Shown here piece by piece: positions 53,960-63,757 of a stretch of DNA of 64,000 nt; the first letter of the stretch is position 1; every line of letters begins with the position of its first letter. Under the pieces are notes generated by a model. The model did no database searches. It saw nothing but the letters and a program-made list of their open reading frames with translations, and had not been told where the DNA came from. The translations under genes were made by a program, and so were the position numbers. Source of the DNA: a virus; IMG/VR virus record IMGVR_UViG_3300025395_000007. One strand, 5' to 3'.

Positions 53960-55879
53960 TTATGCGCTGCTGCCAACTACGTCAGTATCAACGTCAGGCT
54001 TTTTCATTTTTGGATTAAATTCAACAGGTGTTTTTGTTGCATTTTGTTGTTTTTTATCTGCAATAACACCTTTGATAGTATGCAGTCTTTCAGCATTTTC
54101 ATCAATAATTTTACGTTTGATTTCACCCTGTTTGGCAAGCTTAGAAGTTCTATCAAACGGAGACTTTGCTGATTTTGGGCGAGCAACGTTTTCAATTGAA
54201 GTGCGATCTCTCGTGCCTTCAGATTCTTCTTTGATTCTTTTTTTCATTTTACGACCATCTTCAAAGTGTAAACTTTCGTTGCCTTGACCGCCCATGAGTT
54301 CCATTCCTTCAGATCTTGTTTTCTTTTTTGATTTAGTTTTGCCACCATCTTCAGTAGGTGCACCACTTGCAGAAAGATCTGCCATTGATTGCGCATTACC
54401 TTCATTTGGAACAGTTGAATCTTCTTTGATTTTACCCTTGATAGTAGGGCTGTGTTCTTGTTTATTTACTTTTCTTTCACCAGAAATTTTGAGAGCTGAT
54501 TTAGTATTTTCAGGTGAAATATGTACTGATTTAAAATAAGAACTTCCTGGACGACCACCAAATTTATCAGTGCCAATGCCTAGTTCTTTGATAACTTTTT
54601 TAGTTTTATTACCATCTTCTGAATAAGAAATATTTTGTTGCGTAGAAACGCCACCAATATCACCCATTTCTTCTTTTACTGGAGCAGCGCGAGTTGCTCC
54701 AATTTTTTTACCATAAAAAGAAGATGGCATTGATCTTGATGCTGTGCCAAGTTGATTTAACGCAGAAGTTTGTGAAGTAGAAGTTTTAACTGGACCATGT
54801 TGCGCTATTGGCATTGCACCTGCAGAATATGGAACAGGAGCAGCCCCACCGCCACCTAATAAAGACGCTAATGCTGGAACTTTTTCCCACCACTTTGCCC
54901 CTTTTTCTGCAGCTTCTGCGCCTTTAACTTCTTTAGATGCAGCATCGCCTGTTTTAACTACTTCATCACCTGCTTTAACTGCTTTTTCGCCACCTTTAGC
55001 TGCATCAGTTGCAGCTACTTCGCCATCTTTAACTGCTTTTTCTGCGGCATCTGTGCCTTTGATTAATTTCTCAGCTTTTTCGGCACCTTCGCCACCTTTC
55101 AGTGCGAGTTTAGCACCACCTTCAATGGCTTTACCCACAGTACCAAGACCTGGAATCATCATCGCAGCATCTAAAACACCAGTGCCATATTCACCACGAT
55201 TAAAATCTCTTTTAGCTGAATAACCAGCTGCAGCTGTACCAACACCTGGAACAAAAGTTCCAACATCAGCCGCTAAATCTTTAGCGCCATATTGATATTC
55301 TGGATCTTCAGGTTCATAATCACCAGTTTGTGGATTTCTTTGACCTTTAGCTAATAAAGGATTATATGGATCTAGATAAGAACCTATTTTATTTGCAATC
55401 CCCCAATTACTTTTATCTGGAGCTGGTTGATTTGCAGGTTGTTGAGGGGTTGATGAATCATTAGATGCTGCAGCGCCACTAGGTTGTTCTGCAGGCACCT
55501 TCATTGGTGTAGGTCCATCAGAATCTTCATATTCTTCTTTTTTCTTAGCTACTGCTTCTTTAACATCACCAATTCTTCCACGTTTCATATTATTAATAGG
55601 AAACTCATTGGCAGCATTTCTAGAATTTGATGCTGTTTGATTTTGTTTTAGATTATCTACTCTTTCTTGTTGTTTACCTTGTCCTGGACCACGAAGAAAA
55701 GGAGCTGGAACGCCAAGATACTTATCAGAATCATTAGGTGCGATACCTTCATGAATGTTTCTGATAGAATGCTCAAGCGTCAAATGCGGTTTATGTTCTA
55801 CAACAGGCTTTTCTCTGTTGTAGTTTTGATCCGCAACTGCTTGTCTAATAGCGTGTTCTAGACTAGTATACTTTTTCAT
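53960..55879 (-). CDS. Large low-complexity protein with a Gly-rich hydrophobic hairpin, probable internal head protein
   Basis: FVPGVG...MIPGLG segment; IKEE and VKEE repeats. Confidence 0.55.
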   Translation of the reverse strand: MKKYTSLEHAIRQAVADQNYNREKPVVEHKPHLTLEHSIRNIHEGIAPNDSDKYLGVPAPFLRGPGQGKQQERVDNLKQNQTASNSRNAANEFPINNMKRGRIGDVKEAVAKKKEEYEDSDGPTPMKVPAEQPSGAAASNDSSTPQQPANQPAPDKSNWGIANKIGSYLDPYNPLLAKGQRNPQTGDYEPEDPEYQYGAKDLAADVGTFVPGVGTAAAGYSAKRDFNRGEYGTGVLDAAMMIPGLGTVGKAIEGGAKLALKGGEGAEKAEKLIKGTDAAEKAVKDGEVAATDAAKGGEKAVKAGDEVVKTGDAASKEVKGAEAAEKGAKWWEKVPALASLLGGGGAAPVPYSAGAMPIAQHGPVKTSTSQTSALNQLGTASRSMPSSFYGKKIGATRAAPVKEEMGDIGGVSTQQNISYSEDGNKTKKVIKELGIGTDKFGGRPGSSYFKSVHISPENTKSALKISGERKVNKQEHSPTIKGKIKEDSTVPNEGNAQSMADLSASGAPTEDGGKTKSKKKTRSEGMELMGGQGNESLHFEDGRKMKKRIKEESEGTRDRTSIENVARPKSAKSPFDRTSKLAKQGEIKRKIIDENAERLHTIKGVIADKKQQNATKTPVEFNPKMKKPDVDTDVVGSSA

Positions 55880-56310
55880 TTTAGGGTAGCCTTAATCATC
55901 CAATCATACTTGTAATGTTTATCAATACGGTCTTGAAGGATATTTGCTAAACCAACAGCATTTTGAGTCTCTGCCATTTTATTAGCTTTCTTCATTTCTT
56001 CAATGAAACGAAGGTTATCCATTTGTAATTGTTTTAACATATTATGTGCAGATGGTACATTTAGTTCGTCTTCAATCTTTGATAATTCTAGATATCGACT
56101 TAAACTACCTGGAGCATATGAATCAAGGGTGCGAATTTCTTCTGCAAAAATATCAACACCATCAAAGAATAACTCATACATATCATTTAAAAATTTATGA
56201 TACTGAGGAAAACTTGGACCTTCGATGTTCCAATGGAAGTAATGGGTTTTTAAATACAATGAGAAGTTAGTTGCTAGAACTACCTTCATCTGATTGATTA
56301 ATTCTTTCAT
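55876..56310 (-). CDS. dps: Dps-family ferritin-like protein
   Basis: HWNIEG..F..YH and D..AE..R ferroxidase motifs. Confidence 0.92.
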   Translation of the reverse strand: MKELINQMKVVLATNFSLYLKTHYFHWNIEGPSFPQYHKFLNDMYELFFDGVDIFAEEIRTLDSYAPGSLSRYLELSKIEDELNVPSAHNMLKQLQMDNLRFIEEMKKANKMAETQNAVGLANILQDRIDKHYKYDWMIKATLK

Positions 56311-56549
56311 TTTGAAGCTTTCTTAGTAGTAGTTTTCTTAACAGCTGGTTTCTTAGGAGCTTTTGCTGGTGTTTTCTTTTCAATCAACTTTTCAGTTTTT
56401 GTACGTCTTTTTTCATTCTTTTCTTCAATAGTTACTGCAGGGGCAGCTACAGGCTCTAAAATTTCAACAACAGGTTCAACAATAGGCGCTGCAACAACAG
56501 GTGTTTCTTTTTTTGTACCAAAAATGAATTTCGCAAGTTTCTTAAACAT
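56307..56549 (-). CDS. Small basic Lys/Pro-rich protein
   Basis: AAGGA RBS; coupled to dps. Confidence 0.6.
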   Translation of the reverse strand: MFKKLAKFIFGTKKETPVVAAPIVEPVVEILEPVAAPAVTIEEKNEKRRTKTEKLIEKKTPAKAPKKPAVKKTTTKKASK

Positions 56550-56575
56550 TTTATATTTCCTTTATTTATTTGTTA

Positions 56576-57790
56576 TTATTCGTCTGAACCACCACCGCCA
56601 GAGCTACCGCTCTTGCCAGCTGGATGCATTTCTATCTTTCCAGATGCCATTCTAATAGCAACTAGAGGTGTAGATACCTTAGCTCTTTTACCAGTAGTAC
56701 CTAATGGAACAGATAATTCATTAATTTCTGTATCTTCACAATGCCACTTACGTAATGCTTTATTAATTCTTGAATCTGGATCATGCGCTGTTTTAGCAGA
56801 AGTCAAACGCTTTTTCATACCGCCCATACGAGCACAGAAAGATTTACGACGATTAGCAGATTTACTACCAGCTTTTAATTTAGAAGGTTCAGTAGTAACA
56901 GCTGTCTTTAATTTAGAGCCTGGATGTTCGCGACGATATGCATTAACACCAGCCTGTGTTAAACCACCTTCTGGGTTTTTATATTTGCTATTTTGCCAAT
57001 TTTCATTCATACCGCATGTGCAGTTTTCACATGGTTCGTATAATTCACTAACTACACGTTTGATTGTTTCTTTAGTTGATTGACCTGGAGTTTGATCTTT
57101 TAATATTTTAGTCAATTCAGGTGTACCAATAAAGCGGCTGTTTGGCTTAGTAAAATCATTTGATGTTTTTTCTGCACCAGTATAAGATTCTTGTTTTATT
57201 TTCTCTTTTTCAAGTTTCTTAAGTTCTTTTTCTCTTTCTCTATGAAAGTTCTTTCTATGGGCAGCATTTGGATCTTCAGGATGCCATGGTTGTTCCATAG
57301 ATACCATATGTCCAGGAGTTTTAGCTATTTGATTTCCATTTCCAGGAGTTTCACTGATATAATCTTCATTTCTAGCTGCCCACATATTATCTACCATATT
57401 GGGATAAGGGCGACCAGCTGACTTAGCGCGAGCTTTTGCTGCCGCTTTTTTTGCTGGGCTAAGATGTTTATGTTTACTTACAGGATTTGGTTTATCCCAC
57501 ACTGGTTTATCTTCCATAAGATCTCCATCTAAATGTTCCGCTGCGAAACCGCCTGCAAGAAATGAATTGATACGATCAAATGCAAACTGTTCAGGAGAAT
57601 CTCCGAACTTGGCATTCCACATTGTATAGCCTCTACGATATACTTCTTCAAGAATATCGGTTGCAATACCTGATTTTTGTGATTTTTTATATAAAGAAAG
57701 TTTGGCACTGTTTGAAAGGCGCACGGCAGATCCTGCAGAATGCTCTACAACTTCTAGCTGAGGATCAAATGTAGTAAACTTTTTAACCAT
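56576..57790 (-). CDS. Multi-module late protein
   Basis: LEEVYRRG, GRPYPNMVDN and KNPEGGL...RRKSFCARM modules separated by xxE sites. Confidence 0.65.
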   Translation of the reverse strand: MVKKFTTFDPQLEVVEHSAGSAVRLSNSAKLSLYKKSQKSGIATDILEEVYRRGYTMWNAKFGDSPEQFAFDRINSFLAGGFAAEHLDGDLMEDKPVWDKPNPVSKHKHLSPAKKAAAKARAKSAGRPYPNMVDNMWAARNEDYISETPGNGNQIAKTPGHMVSMEQPWHPEDPNAAHRKNFHREREKELKKLEKEKIKQESYTGAEKTSNDFTKPNSRFIGTPELTKILKDQTPGQSTKETIKRVVSELYEPCENCTCGMNENWQNSKYKNPEGGLTQAGVNAYRREHPGSKLKTAVTTEPSKLKAGSKSANRRKSFCARMGGMKKRLTSAKTAHDPDSRINKALRKWHCEDTEINELSVPLGTTGKRAKVSTPLVAIRMASGKIEMHPAGKSGSSGGGGSDE

Positions 57791-57867
57791 TGGAGTTTCC
57801 CTTTAGGCTTATCCAAGAACATCTGCAGGTCTGCCGTAACCTTACTGCACTAACATTCTTATTTATA
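57791..57867 (-). promoter_or_regulatory. Late promoter plus a structured 5' leader
   Basis: TATAAATA at 57860-57867, then two hairpins; the second encloses the RBS. Confidence 0.5.
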
Positions 57868-57893
57868 TTTTACATTAGTTCAGAAAAATTAAC

Positions 57894-59138
57894 TTATGTT
57901 ATAGCAGCTACGAACGTATTATTTGCAGTTCCATCTAAACAGAAATACTTGACATACATCGTATTGTGAGAGCTTAGATAAAAAGATGAACCGCCTGTAG
58001 CTTGTGTTGAGGAAACGCCATGATTGAACTGCTGAGTACCGCCGACATTGTTGAAAATAAACAGTTCAACCACCTTACCAGCAGTAAGATTCTGTAAGTT
58101 AGCAGTAACAGTTCCAGAATTTGTGTGTATATGAACGAAGTTGTCAGTAGAAAAATCGATCAACACACTGTTTGATATTACGTTTGCTATTCTTACGTTA
58201 GGAACTTTGTAAGCTGTCGTTTGGCGTGTAGAATCATTAAACGTAATTCCACCATTTGAATTGTTGGTAAAACTCATACCGTTTGCATAAAATGCAACCG
58301 ATTCAGACTGAATAGTATTTGAACCAGCTGGTGTTAATTGAAAAGTAATTTTAGTTCCAGTGTTAGCAGCGTAAAAGTTTTCTGCTGCCTGCATATCAAT
58401 ACGACCGATCGATGAAGCATATGTGTTACTATCGGCAGTCCATCCCTGTATGGAAAAACGCATAATCGTATCATTAGCTTGAGTGCCCGATGGAGATAAA
58501 ACAGTTCCTCTAGCTCCACGACCAGCAATCGCTACGTAAGTATTAGCACCAAAAGCATCAAAACCAATACGAGCTGGCTGACCATCTTGCGCCGTTCCTT
58601 GAATCAATGTTCCAGTAAAGTTTCTTGGCTGTGAAACTCCACTATTACTTCCAACAATTTCGAAAGCTGCAGAATTTGTTAAGATTGTATTTGGAGTGTT
58701 GATAAGTACTTGCCCATTTCTTTGAACGATAAAAGTTGGGTAGGTATTTGTTCCTTGTGAGTATACAGAAAGTGGTCTATAAAAAGCAACTGAACCAGTA
58801 TCAGTAGGTACACCTATAGATAGACTTTGTTGGCTATTGGCAACAGTAAGAGTAGGACCTACGAATGTAAAGGAACCAACTGTAAGACCAGAATTGGCTT
58901 GAAAATTTCCATTTGCAAGTTCAAATTTAAAAATACCATTGGATACTGTAAGAATTTGATCTGGGTATGATGGATTACTATCTGCAAAAATAACAGAGTT
59001 AGAACTAACCCATAATTTTTGCCATCTATTGGAAGTGTTACCAAGAGAATAAGTTTGATTTAGGTTTGGTATAACATCAGAAGGAACTTGAAGCCAATTA
59101 ACAAAAGTATTGGAGAATGCATTAGGATTATAACTCAT
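57894..59138 (-). CDS. Tail fibre-like structural protein
   Basis: IPNLNQTYSLGNTSNRWQKLWV and ITFNDSTRQTTA fibre motifs. Confidence 0.65.
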   Translation of the reverse strand: MSYNPNAFSNTFVNWLQVPSDVIPNLNQTYSLGNTSNRWQKLWVSSNSVIFADSNPSYPDQILTVSNGIFKFELANGNFQANSGLTVGSFTFVGPTLTVANSQQSLSIGVPTDTGSVAFYRPLSVYSQGTNTYPTFIVQRNGQVLINTPNTILTNSAAFEIVGSNSGVSQPRNFTGTLIQGTAQDGQPARIGFDAFGANTYVAIAGRGARGTVLSPSGTQANDTIMRFSIQGWTADSNTYASSIGRIDMQAAENFYAANTGTKITFQLTPAGSNTIQSESVAFYANGMSFTNNSNGGITFNDSTRQTTAYKVPNVRIANVISNSVLIDFSTDNFVHIHTNSGTVTANLQNLTAGKVVELFIFNNVGGTQQFNHGVSSTQATGGSSFYLSSHNTMYVKYFCLDGTANNTFVAAIT

Positions 59139-59881
59139 ACTATGTTCCATCCTCCGTTTGCATATAATAACGAAATGGATTCGTAACTATTAACAATCTG
59201 GAATGTGCTAATTCCGTCAATAGTTGAACCATCAAGTGTTGCTATTGTAATAAAGTTTGAAGCTGCAAAACCAGATTGATCTTTAATTAATATTTGTCTT
59301 CCTGGTTTTAGATTCTGAAAGGGAAGATTGATTGTCACTAGACCTGGATAATTCACTCCAATAAAATAATCTTTTCTTGTTGCATTATATGTTGGCTGAG
59401 TTACCTGAACTGTGTGAAATGTTAATTCATCGACACTTCCTGCACCACCTCCACCAAGTTGCGAATGTCTTTGAGCAAATCTATGAAAATCAGCAACAGA
59501 TTTTTTTACTATATCTAATTCTTTACGATAAACATCAGGTATTTGATTTGCGATTTTATCAGCATCGCCATTTTGATCAGTGGCTTTAGAAAGAGCCTTG
59601 ACATATTTATTTACTATATTTTCTTTTGGTAATTCAGGTTCAGGCTGACGAGCAATTTCAACTATTATTTCAGGTTGTTGTATTATTATTTCTTCTTCAA
59701 CAAATTTAATATCTTTTTTTAATTTAGGTTTTGTATAATCTGTATTTGTAATTTCATCAAGCTTACGGTTCATGCTAGCAAGAATTCTTTTTTCTTTCTC
59801 TTTTTTATTCTCTATATCTTCGAGCACATTTTCAACACCCAAAGCTCTTGCCATTTTTTCGAGTAATATTTTCTCATCCAT
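59135..59881 (-). CDS. Probable structural protein
   Basis: LGGGGAG linker; C-terminal INLP...GRQILIKD...TIDG...W beta domain. Confidence 0.6.
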   Translation of the reverse strand: MDEKILLEKMARALGVENVLEDIENKKEKEKRILASMNRKLDEITNTDYTKPKLKKDIKFVEEEIIIQQPEIIVEIARQPEPELPKENIVNKYVKALSKATDQNGDADKIANQIPDVYRKELDIVKKSVADFHRFAQRHSQLGGGGAGSVDELTFHTVQVTQPTYNATRKDYFIGVNYPGLVTINLPFQNLKPGRQILIKDQSGFAASNFITIATLDGSTIDGISTFQIVNSYESISLLYANGGWNIV

Positions 59882-59883
59882 GA

Positions 59884-60543
59884 TTAAACTTTCTTTTTAG
59901 CTTTCACTTTTGGCTCAGGTGGTGGAGGATTCATACCGTTATAAACCTGTCTCATTTGTTCATCTTTGTCTTCAGGAGATAAAGTCGAAGGCGACATAGC
60001 ATGATAAGAATCTCTATCTGCATTCATAGCTGCGTTTCTCATTGCGCTTGCAGAAATACCCGCCATACCTGTATCTTCGTCATCTCTTGTATCGCCATAT
60101 GGATGTACTGTAATATTAGGGAAGTTATAAAAACCATGTCTACCAGCAACACCATTGTAAGTATTAACTAACTTTTCAAATTCACCAGCTCTATCTGAAC
60201 CAACGTGTAAATGAGGATCAGTAACACCTTCTCTATGTAGTCTTGATAGATAATGAAGTAAAGTTGGTTCTTCAGGAGTCATTAATTGAATATTAGCATC
60301 AGGAAATGATTTCTTTGCCCAATATAATTTCTGTTCAGGAGTTAGTGGATTTTTTTTCTTATCTTGAGTTCTTGTAAGTAGAACAGAATGAGAACCGCCA
60401 CGATCTGCAGCAGAACTAGCAACATGACCAACTAAACCTTGATGCGCTGCAGTGAATGGATTAGCACGCATGATAGTAAAATCATGAGATGATTGAATAT
60501 CTTGCGGTTCTTCTTTTAATACAAAGTATTTAAATCTAATCAT
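59884..60543 (-). CDS. HIGH-superfamily nucleotidyltransferase (phage cytidyltransferase-like)
   Basis: RANPFTAAH, KNPL, VGSDR and SASAMR motifs. Confidence 0.78.
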   Translation of the reverse strand: MIRFKYFVLKEEPQDIQSSHDFTIMRANPFTAAHQGLVGHVASSAADRGGSHSVLLTRTQDKKKNPLTPEQKLYWAKKSFPDANIQLMTPEEPTLLHYLSRLHREGVTDPHLHVGSDRAGEFEKLVNTYNGVAGRHGFYNFPNITVHPYGDTRDDEDTGMAGISASAMRNAAMNADRDSYHAMSPSTLSPEDKDEQMRQVYNGMNPPPPEPKVKAKKKV

Positions 60544-61766
60544 TCTGGATTCTCTGCTGCTTGTGCTGCGTTCTTTTGAAAAGCTCCCTTCAAGAAGTTT
60601 AATCTATTAAACTCTTGACGATTATTCATTTTGCTCATATCACCATTGTTATCTGCGACAACTGCACCTTCTGGACCAGTTGGAACACCACCAACACTAT
60701 GCGCATATGGATTATTTTTTTCCATTACACTAACAAGTACATTCTTTGCATTTTGCATATGATTGTGTAGTTCAAGAGCCTTTTGAAAATGATCTTGATT
60801 TTCAGTAATATGCTGCATCATATCAGCATGCGCCTGATTTCTTCTATCAATAGTTGGCTGTGACTTTAATTTACCAACATCTTTTTCATGTTTAGCATTT
60901 AGATAATCCATATATCCCTGAACAGATGGTGCACCACCTTTTCTAATTTGATCATTGACATGACCTTCTAATAATTGGCCATGACCTTGAAGAGCTTCCA
61001 TAGCTTCAGGAGCCATTTTAGCATATGTTTTTCTTGCAGCTTCCATATGAGCTAGGTATTGCTGCTGTTCTGCAGGAGTATAGTTTGCAGGGTTAACATG
61101 CATTGATGGATCAATATTGTTAACATTTGGATCTTCTGCAAATTTACCTCTAGTTTTATCATCAAGCGGTCCAGCCGACATATTACCAAGACCACCACGA
61201 CCTTTATACTTGGTATGAATTACTATACCAAGTGGCTTCTGCATATTTTGACCTTCAGGCGAATCTGCAGGAGCTGACATAGTAAGTGTATTTGGAGTAA
61301 CACTTGTCATACCATTTTCTGTTTTAGCATCGCCTGTTGTATGGATAAGATCACCTTGGAACACACCACCTTCACGTGGCATAATCGATGGTAGGTGTCG
61401 TAAAGATGCTTTAAGTTTTTCTACAAGACCTGGAGCATGGCCATGATTACGTTCAATGTCTTCATCTGTAAAATTAAGTTTTGGATTTGCATTGAAAGCT
61501 GATTTAGTAGCTACGAAAAATCTACCACTTGCAGGGTCTTTACCAAATACAAGCGATGGTGCACCATCCCATTTAGTAGAAACATGAACACCTGCATGTC
61601 TACCAAGTAACATATTATGAACTGCATTTAGATGTCTATCTGCTCTAGCAACACCTTCATCGCCATCATAGATTACATTGTCTTCAACATGTCTAAGATG
61701 TTTCAGCGGCTTACCAGCTGCATCTTTTTCTGCAGCTTCTATTAAATATTCTCTAAAATTAAGCAT
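60540..61766 (-). CDS. KxDG-motif ligase-like protein (DUF6267-like)
   Basis: HLRHVED, TKWDGAP, FVATKS, QGD and EGAV...K motifs. Confidence 0.65.
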   Translation of the reverse strand: MLNFREYLIEAAEKDAAGKPLKHLRHVEDNVIYDGDEGVARADRHLNAVHNMLLGRHAGVHVSTKWDGAPSLVFGKDPASGRFFVATKSAFNANPKLNFTDEDIERNHGHAPGLVEKLKASLRHLPSIMPREGGVFQGDLIHTTGDAKTENGMTSVTPNTLTMSAPADSPEGQNMQKPLGIVIHTKYKGRGGLGNMSAGPLDDKTRGKFAEDPNVNNIDPSMHVNPANYTPAEQQQYLAHMEAARKTYAKMAPEAMEALQGHGQLLEGHVNDQIRKGGAPSVQGYMDYLNAKHEKDVGKLKSQPTIDRRNQAHADMMQHITENQDHFQKALELHNHMQNAKNVLVSVMEKNNPYAHSVGGVPTGPEGAVVADNNGDMSKMNNRQEFNRLNFLKGAFQKNAAQAAENPE

Positions 61767-63127
61767 TAAAATACTACTCCGCCATGTGTGCCATCATTAC
61801 CAATTGGTATATTAGGTCTAGGTTTTCTAGGTTGTGGTGCTTTACGTTGTGGTGTTCTAGAAATAGCACCACCCATACCTTCGCTTGCAGCTCTTTCTTC
61901 ATCAGGATGAACTTGTATAGGCTGTTCGACAGTTTTTGCTATTTTTTTATGTTTTGTTGGTTTTGGTGGTTTCCAAGTAGATACAGGTGCTGCTTTAGCT
62001 CTTGGAGCTTTGGCGGCTGGCATTGCAACTACTTTTTTACTTCTTACTTTTGGTACAGCAGCTTCAATATCTCTAGATGTAACTTCTCTAGATGGCGCAA
62101 CAGGAGCAGCAACCGCTGGTTTATCTTTCTTTCTTTTTACTTCTTTACCTGTAACAACTAAAGAAGATAAAGGATCAGACTGACTACTCATCTTTGCAGT
62201 TTGCATAGCAAAGGGTACACCTTTGTGTTCATAGTAAATAGAAGTACCTGCATGTCTAACTGATATATTTTCTGGATCGTTTAAAATATGTTCATGATCT
62301 AATCCAGGATTAGCTGTTTCTAAATGCGGATCATGCCCACCGCCAGTAAAATGTCTCATATGAGTATGGCCATGGGCTTCCATTGGTGTGGAATATGCAT
62401 GTAATACTAAATGTCTAATATGAGCAGCTCTTTGTTCTGGAGTCAATGCACTAATACGCTGATGCATATTTCTAGCAACATCAGTCAATGTTGCCAAATT
62501 TCTTCTGCTAATATCTTGTTTAATTGCTGGATTAGATTTAAGCCAATCTTTTCTATTTCTTGGATTAGACATACCCTTTAGTTCAGGGTAACTTTCTTTA
62601 ATCGCTGATCTATTTTTCTCATGTATATCACCACCACCATATGTGGCTTCAGCGCCAGCATTAGCAAGAGTAATAGGTTTATTATCATCCGAAACTTTTA
62701 AGCTCACACCATGGTGTCTACCTCTATGATCAGTAATAACAATATCAGAATCATCTTGTTGCTGTGTTGCTGGAATACCAGTTGCTCTTTCTAAATCGCC
62801 GCTTTTAGATGTCCATCTAACATGTTTAATATCTTTATGAGTAAGCTTTAAATTCTTTTTAATATGTTCAGCAGCTTTTCTAGCTCTTTCACTGAAATTT
62901 CTATATTGAGGGGAATTTATGCCACCAAGTTTTTCTGCTAGTTCATCATGAACTTCTTTAGGTGTTTTCTTGTATTCATCTTTGTACATTTCCATGTGGT
63001 GGCCACCTCTTAGGTGATACCCAACTAGAAGCTCATGTAGTTTACCTTTTGAATCACTATCAAGATCACCAAAATCTTCTTTCTTGGCTTTTTCTTCTAT
63101 TAAAAATGCAGCAAAGTTTAACATCAT
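61766..63127 (-). CDS. Putative PD-(D/E)XK-like endonuclease with a basic tail
   Basis: G.LHE, SDIVI and GVSLK motifs. Confidence 0.5.
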   Translation of the reverse strand: MMLNFAAFLIEEKAKKEDFGDLDSDSKGKLHELLVGYHLRGGHHMEMYKDEYKKTPKEVHDELAEKLGGINSPQYRNFSERARKAAEHIKKNLKLTHKDIKHVRWTSKSGDLERATGIPATQQQDDSDIVITDHRGRHHGVSLKVSDDNKPITLANAGAEATYGGGDIHEKNRSAIKESYPELKGMSNPRNRKDWLKSNPAIKQDISRRNLATLTDVARNMHQRISALTPEQRAAHIRHLVLHAYSTPMEAHGHTHMRHFTGGGHDPHLETANPGLDHEHILNDPENISVRHAGTSIYYEHKGVPFAMQTAKMSSQSDPLSSLVVTGKEVKRKKDKPAVAAPVAPSREVTSRDIEAAVPKVRSKKVVAMPAAKAPRAKAAPVSTWKPPKPTKHKKIAKTVEQPIQVHPDEERAASEGMGGAISRTPQRKAPQPRKPRPNIPIGNDGTHGGVVF

Positions 63128-63756
63128 GCTTTCCTTGTAGTAATATTAACATCACCTGTTTCTGGATCATGCTGAACATGGTGCGCATGGAATTCTACAT
63201 CGGGATGTTGTTTTTTAAGTTTAAGAAAATGATCTAAATTATCATGCGAGTCATCATAAAGATGAACTCTCTTGTATCCATTTTGATTAATAAGATCGCT
63301 TACAACTGCAGCTTTCGCCTGTGGCGGTCTCATACCTTGCAAATTACCTGCTCTACGAACATGAATTTGTTTAGTATCTATACCATATTTACCCATGTGA
63401 TGAGCAAACTTATTTTTATCGTCTAAATCAGAACGGGCTGTAAGAATCTCTACATTCTTATTATTTTTGTGAATTGCTTTCATCTTAGCAATCATTTTAC
63501 GAATAGGTTTTGCTGACTGCGCAAATACATCAGAGGACTTAAACTCGCCGAAATCATATGAATGACCTGGAGGAAGTTGATGTGTATTAAATTCTTGATT
63601 TGTTAAAGTACGAACTCTTTGACCATTTGGATCTTTAACGTGTACACGTAGCTTATGATGGTCATGAGCAAATAAAGTTTCATCCATATCAAATGCATGT
63701 AATGTATCTGATTCAGGGTCCATTTTTTCAATAATGTATTCTTTAAAAGGTATCAT
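63124..63756 (-). CDS. HAD-superfamily phosphatase
   Basis: FDMDETL, LTAR, K and YDDS motifs I-IV. Confidence 0.78.
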   Translation of the reverse strand: MIPFKEYIIEKMDPESDTLHAFDMDETLFAHDHHKLRVHVKDPNGQRVRTLTNQEFNTHQLPPGHSYDFGEFKSSDVFAQSAKPIRKMIAKMKAIHKNNKNVEILTARSDLDDKNKFAHHMGKYGIDTKQIHVRRAGNLQGMRPPQAKAAVVSDLINQNGYKRVHLYDDSHDNLDHFLKLKKQHPDVEFHAHHVQHDPETGDVNITTRKA

Positions 63757-63757
63757 C

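Noticed and set aside
57791-57859. c-di-GMP-I riboswitch
   Set aside because: Fragments such as GGCAGACC and GCCTAAA are reminiscent, but their order and stems do not fit the consensus
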